DNA from: an uncultured Nitrospiraceae bacterium
GTDB taxonomy: Bacteria; Nitrospirota; Thermodesulfovibrionia; Thermodesulfovibrionales; Dissulfurispiraceae
Reading direction: 5' to 3'
Assembly: GCA_963705105.1 (NCBI GenBank)
Contig: CAVPIW010000005.1
Location: forward strand, 128,001 to 192,000
Length of the DNA: 64,000 nt
Shown: positions 61,460 to 64,000 of the stretch, piece by piece
How positions within the stretch are numbered: position 1 is the stretch's first letter
How the letters are laid out: every line of letters starts with the position of its first letter
Translations under genes and position numbers: made by a program
The notes under the pieces: model-generated
What the model was told of the DNA's origin: nothing
Seen by the model: only the letters and a program-made list of their open reading frames with translations
The model's database searches: none

Positions 61460-62823
61460 TGCAGGGGATTCGCCATCTTCCGCAGCCGCTCATATATAGG
61501 CGGGATTCTTTGGTTGGCGAAAAGCTCCCTGAACCTGTCCGTTATTTCGGTGACATATGATGCCGGCAGCTCCGCCGAGTCAAGCGACGGCGAGCAGAAA
61601 TCCCACCGGTCGCCTTTCGGGATGGTGTGTATGTGATGCTCGCGGGCGAGATTCGCCAGCTCCGTCCCGGGGAGGGGCTGATAGATGAACGGGAGTGCCG
61701 CATCGGGCTCGATACGCTCGTTGATCTCCCAGGTCTTCCCGACGGTCCCCTTCGTTTCAAGGGGCATGCCGAAAATATTGAACGTGACGATCATGATGCC
61801 GTATTTTTTCAGGAGGCGCGCGCCGCTGATGATCGTTTCGTCCGTCATCCTCCTCCTCAGATACTTTACCCTGTATTCTTCGTCACCCGACTCGATGCCG
61901 AAGAAGAACAGTTTGAGCCCGGATTCGGCGAGCATCGCCACCGTCGGCTCATCAAGAAGGTCGATCCTGCTCATGATGATGTAAGGGACCGAAACCTCTT
62001 TTTTGTAACCTTTACAGAAATCCTTTATCCATCCCTTGTTCAGCGTGAAGGTCTCATCGAGGAACTCGAAATATTGAGGCTTATACTGCTCGTTGAGCCC
62101 CCTGAAATGACGGATTGCATCGGCGGGCGTGTAGCGCCTGACAAACCTCTTCACGCCCCCGTAATAGTCGATGAGGGCGCTGTTGCTGCAGTATGTGCAG
62201 CGGTACGGACATCCTCTGCCGGTGATGACGGGCAAAGCGAAAATCCCGCCCGGTGAAAGCACGCCGAGATGCTTCTCCCTGAGAGCCTCCCTGTCGCCGA
62301 AGATCCCGAAATCCATGTACGGGTATTCATCCAGCTTCTCGACGAGCCATCTGTCTTTGCCGGCAAGCCCGTCGCGGCTTTCGCCGCTGAAAATGACACC
62401 CCTGATCGGCCCGGTCAAACGCCCCCCGATCGCCTGCTCCGCCAGTTCGATGATCGGGCCTTCCCCCTCGCCGGTGCAGACGGCGTCGACGCCGGGCAAG
62501 GCGATCACTTCCCCGGGCGACAGAACGGCATGGTAGCCGCCGACGACGATCATTCCGCCGAAGTCCTTCCTCAGAAGGGGAATGACATCCCGGATCTTGT
62601 GCCAGTTGAAGGTCATAACGGAAAACGCCACAATCAGGGGATCCTTTTCCAGAATCGCCGCGACGACATCTTCAGGGGAGTCTTGGCTGTCCGCCGTTTC
62701 CCGGTATACGACCAGCCCGGCGTCGATGCCCCTCGCCTTGAGGGCAGACGAGAGAAAGCCGACACCGAAGTTGATCTCATGGTCATGCGTATGAAAACAG
62801 AAAACGACCCGCTTACGTTCCAT
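61456..62823 (-). CDS. Cobalamin-binding radical SAM protein
   Basis: B12-binding region (VVGGYHA, GEGE), RGCPYRCTYC, GIESG, PLPGT; GGGAGG RBS. Confidence 0.9.
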   Translation of the reverse strand: MERKRVVFCFHTHDHEINFGVGFLSSALKARGIDAGLVVYRETADSQDSPEDVVAAILEKDPLIVAFSVMTFNWHKIRDVIPLLRKDFGGMIVVGGYHAVLSPGEVIALPGVDAVCTGEGEGPIIELAEQAIGGRLTGPIRGVIFSGESRDGLAGKDRWLVEKLDEYPYMDFGIFGDREALREKHLGVLSPGGIFALPVITGRGCPYRCTYCSNSALIDYYGGVKRFVRRYTPADAIRHFRGLNEQYKPQYFEFLDETFTLNKGWIKDFCKGYKKEVSVPYIIMSRIDLLDEPTVAMLAESGLKLFFFGIESGDEEYRVKYLRRRMTDETIISGARLLKKYGIMIVTFNIFGMPLETKGTVGKTWEINERIEPDAALPFIYQPLPGTELANLAREHHIHTIPKGDRWDFCSPSLDSAELPASYVTEITDRFRELFANQRIPPIYERLRKMANPLQ

Positions 62824-62833
62824 TTGCCTCCCT

Positions 62834-63036
62834 GTTAACCTTAACGCTGCAATCGGACCCCCGGAAAGGCGGGGCGTATGCGCCGACACGCATCGGTGCT
62901 GCGAACCCTTTGCCTTCCCGTACAGACCTATTCAAGCAGACGTCTGAAAAAATGAACCTTTTGCTGACACTCACACTGTCACTGACACTGCTTTTAGAGC
63001 GCTTCGCCCCGCTTTTCCGTGCACCCGGAAGATTAA
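62834..63036 (+). repeat. Fold-back repeat family A, copy 12
   Basis: gttaaccttaacgctgca..gaaaggcggggcg ... cttcgccccgcttttc..gattaa; overlaps the wzt stop codon. Confidence 0.9.
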
Positions 63037-64000
63037 GCCCCAATAACCCATTCGTGTTCGATGTGCGTCACGCCGAATTCCTTCCTGCCGTGCGTCACAT
63101 AGATGTTCCGCGTCCTCTGGAGGTCGAAGGGATGCAATGCAGACTCGTCGGCTGCGAAAACGCCGAGGCTGTATATGCCGGGCAGCAGGGGCAGGGATTT
63201 AATGTTCACTTTGAATTCCTGGCCGTTCCTGAAACGGATGGGGGGGAGTCCGTCGTAATGCGACATGGTCCCGAAGACCGTCACCTCATCGTTCCTTATT
63301 ATACCAAAGCCGATGTGACCGGTGATATCGTCGCTGCGGCAGAGGATCCGGAACGAGATGGTTATCGGATCGAGCGGTCGTATGGTCTCGATTTCGTTGC
63401 CGTCTTTGCCCAGGACCTTTATGTCGACGACCTGCATCGTCTTTTCGGTCGTCTCCGCCGTCGCAACGATCTCCTCTGCAGCCTTTTCCCGGACCGCCGC
63501 CGACTTGGCCCTTTCGAAATTCTGGTAGTCGATGACGACCTTCCCCGTGCTCCCCAGGTTCCTGATGAGGCCTTTATGAATCCAGGCGACCCTGCTGCAC
63601 AACTCCTGGATGTGATACATGCTGTGGCTGCAGAAAACGATGGTCTTGCCGGCGTCCTTGAAGCTCACCATGCGGTCGATGCATTTCTTCTGGAAATACT
63701 CGTCGCCGACGGAGAGCGCCTCGTCGATGATGAGGACGTCGGGGTTCACCGACGTGGCGATGGAGAAGGCCAATCGCACGTGCATGCCCGACGAGTAGGT
63801 CTTCACGGGCCTGCCGATGAAATCGTTCAGCTCCGAGAAATCGATGATCCCCTGTTTTCGCGCATCGATCTCCGGCTTTGTCAGGCCCATGAGATAGGCC
63901 GTCAGGTAGATGTTTTCCTCTCCCGTCATTTCGGGATTGAAGCCGGTGCCGAGCTCGAGAAGGGCCGCGCTCCGGCCGTTGACGACGCATTCGCCCGACG
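63033..64000 (-). CDS. wzt: Polysaccharide ABC exporter ATP-binding subunit with C-terminal carbohydrate-binding domain (5' part outside window)
   Basis: LELGTGFNPE, YSSGM, IIDEALSVGD, CSH, C-terminal Wzt_C-like domain. Confidence 0.93.
   Translation of the reverse strand, partial: SGECVVNGRSAALLELGTGFNPEMTGEENIYLTAYLMGLTKPEIDARKQGIIDFSELNDFIGRPVKTYSSGMHVRLAFSIATSVNPDVLIIDEALSVGDEYFQKKCIDRMVSFKDAGKTIVFCSHSMYHIQELCSRVAWIHKGLIRNLGSTGKVVIDYQNFERAKSAAVREKAAEEIVATAETTEKTMQVVDIKVLGKDGNEIETIRPLDPITISFRILCRSDDITGHIGFGIIRNDEVTVFGTMSHYDGLPPIRFRNGQEFKVNIKSLPLLPGIYSLGVFAADESALHPFDLQRTRNIYVTHGRKEFGVTHIEHEWVIGA

Noticed and set aside
55810..62823. RiPP cluster suggested by the SPASM enzymes
   Set aside because: No precursor ORF, RRE domain or peptidase visible; context is glycan export

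Overview
GC-rich bacterial window from an anaerobe; gene content resembles Thermodesulfovibrionia-like Nitrospirota or deltaproteobacteria (inference only). Left to right: partial pilC; folD-folE-ygfA-cooC; a Moorella-type hdrC-hdrB-hdrA-mvhD(Sec)-metV-metF cluster; argD, argF (frameshifted), a cytochrome c; rpiB-glyA-nrdR; tRNA-Gln and tRNA-Glu followed by a decayed island (AAA+/DUF4143 ATPases, doc remnant); a Mo-nitrogenase cluster (nifH-D-K-EN-X-I1-I2-fdxB-B-V) with a sigma54 promoter; a divergent selenocysteine formate dehydrogenase with an NADP-type flavoprotein; scpA, an IS1634 remnant, tlyA (frameshifted); and a surface-biogenesis locus (T2SS K/L/M/C-like/D, duplicated gspC-like + PPIase unit, S-layer candidate, Ig-repeat protein, TMTC-like glycosyltransferase, radical-SAM/acyltransferase genes, partial wzt). 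Two selenoproteins are split at UGA in the ORF track. The most striking unexplained signal is a ~200-bp fold-back repeat family: 12 copies, all in one orientation, with copy-specific compensatory changes, in almost every nif intergenic gap and often starting at a stop codon. All calls are from reading the sequence; no searches were run.
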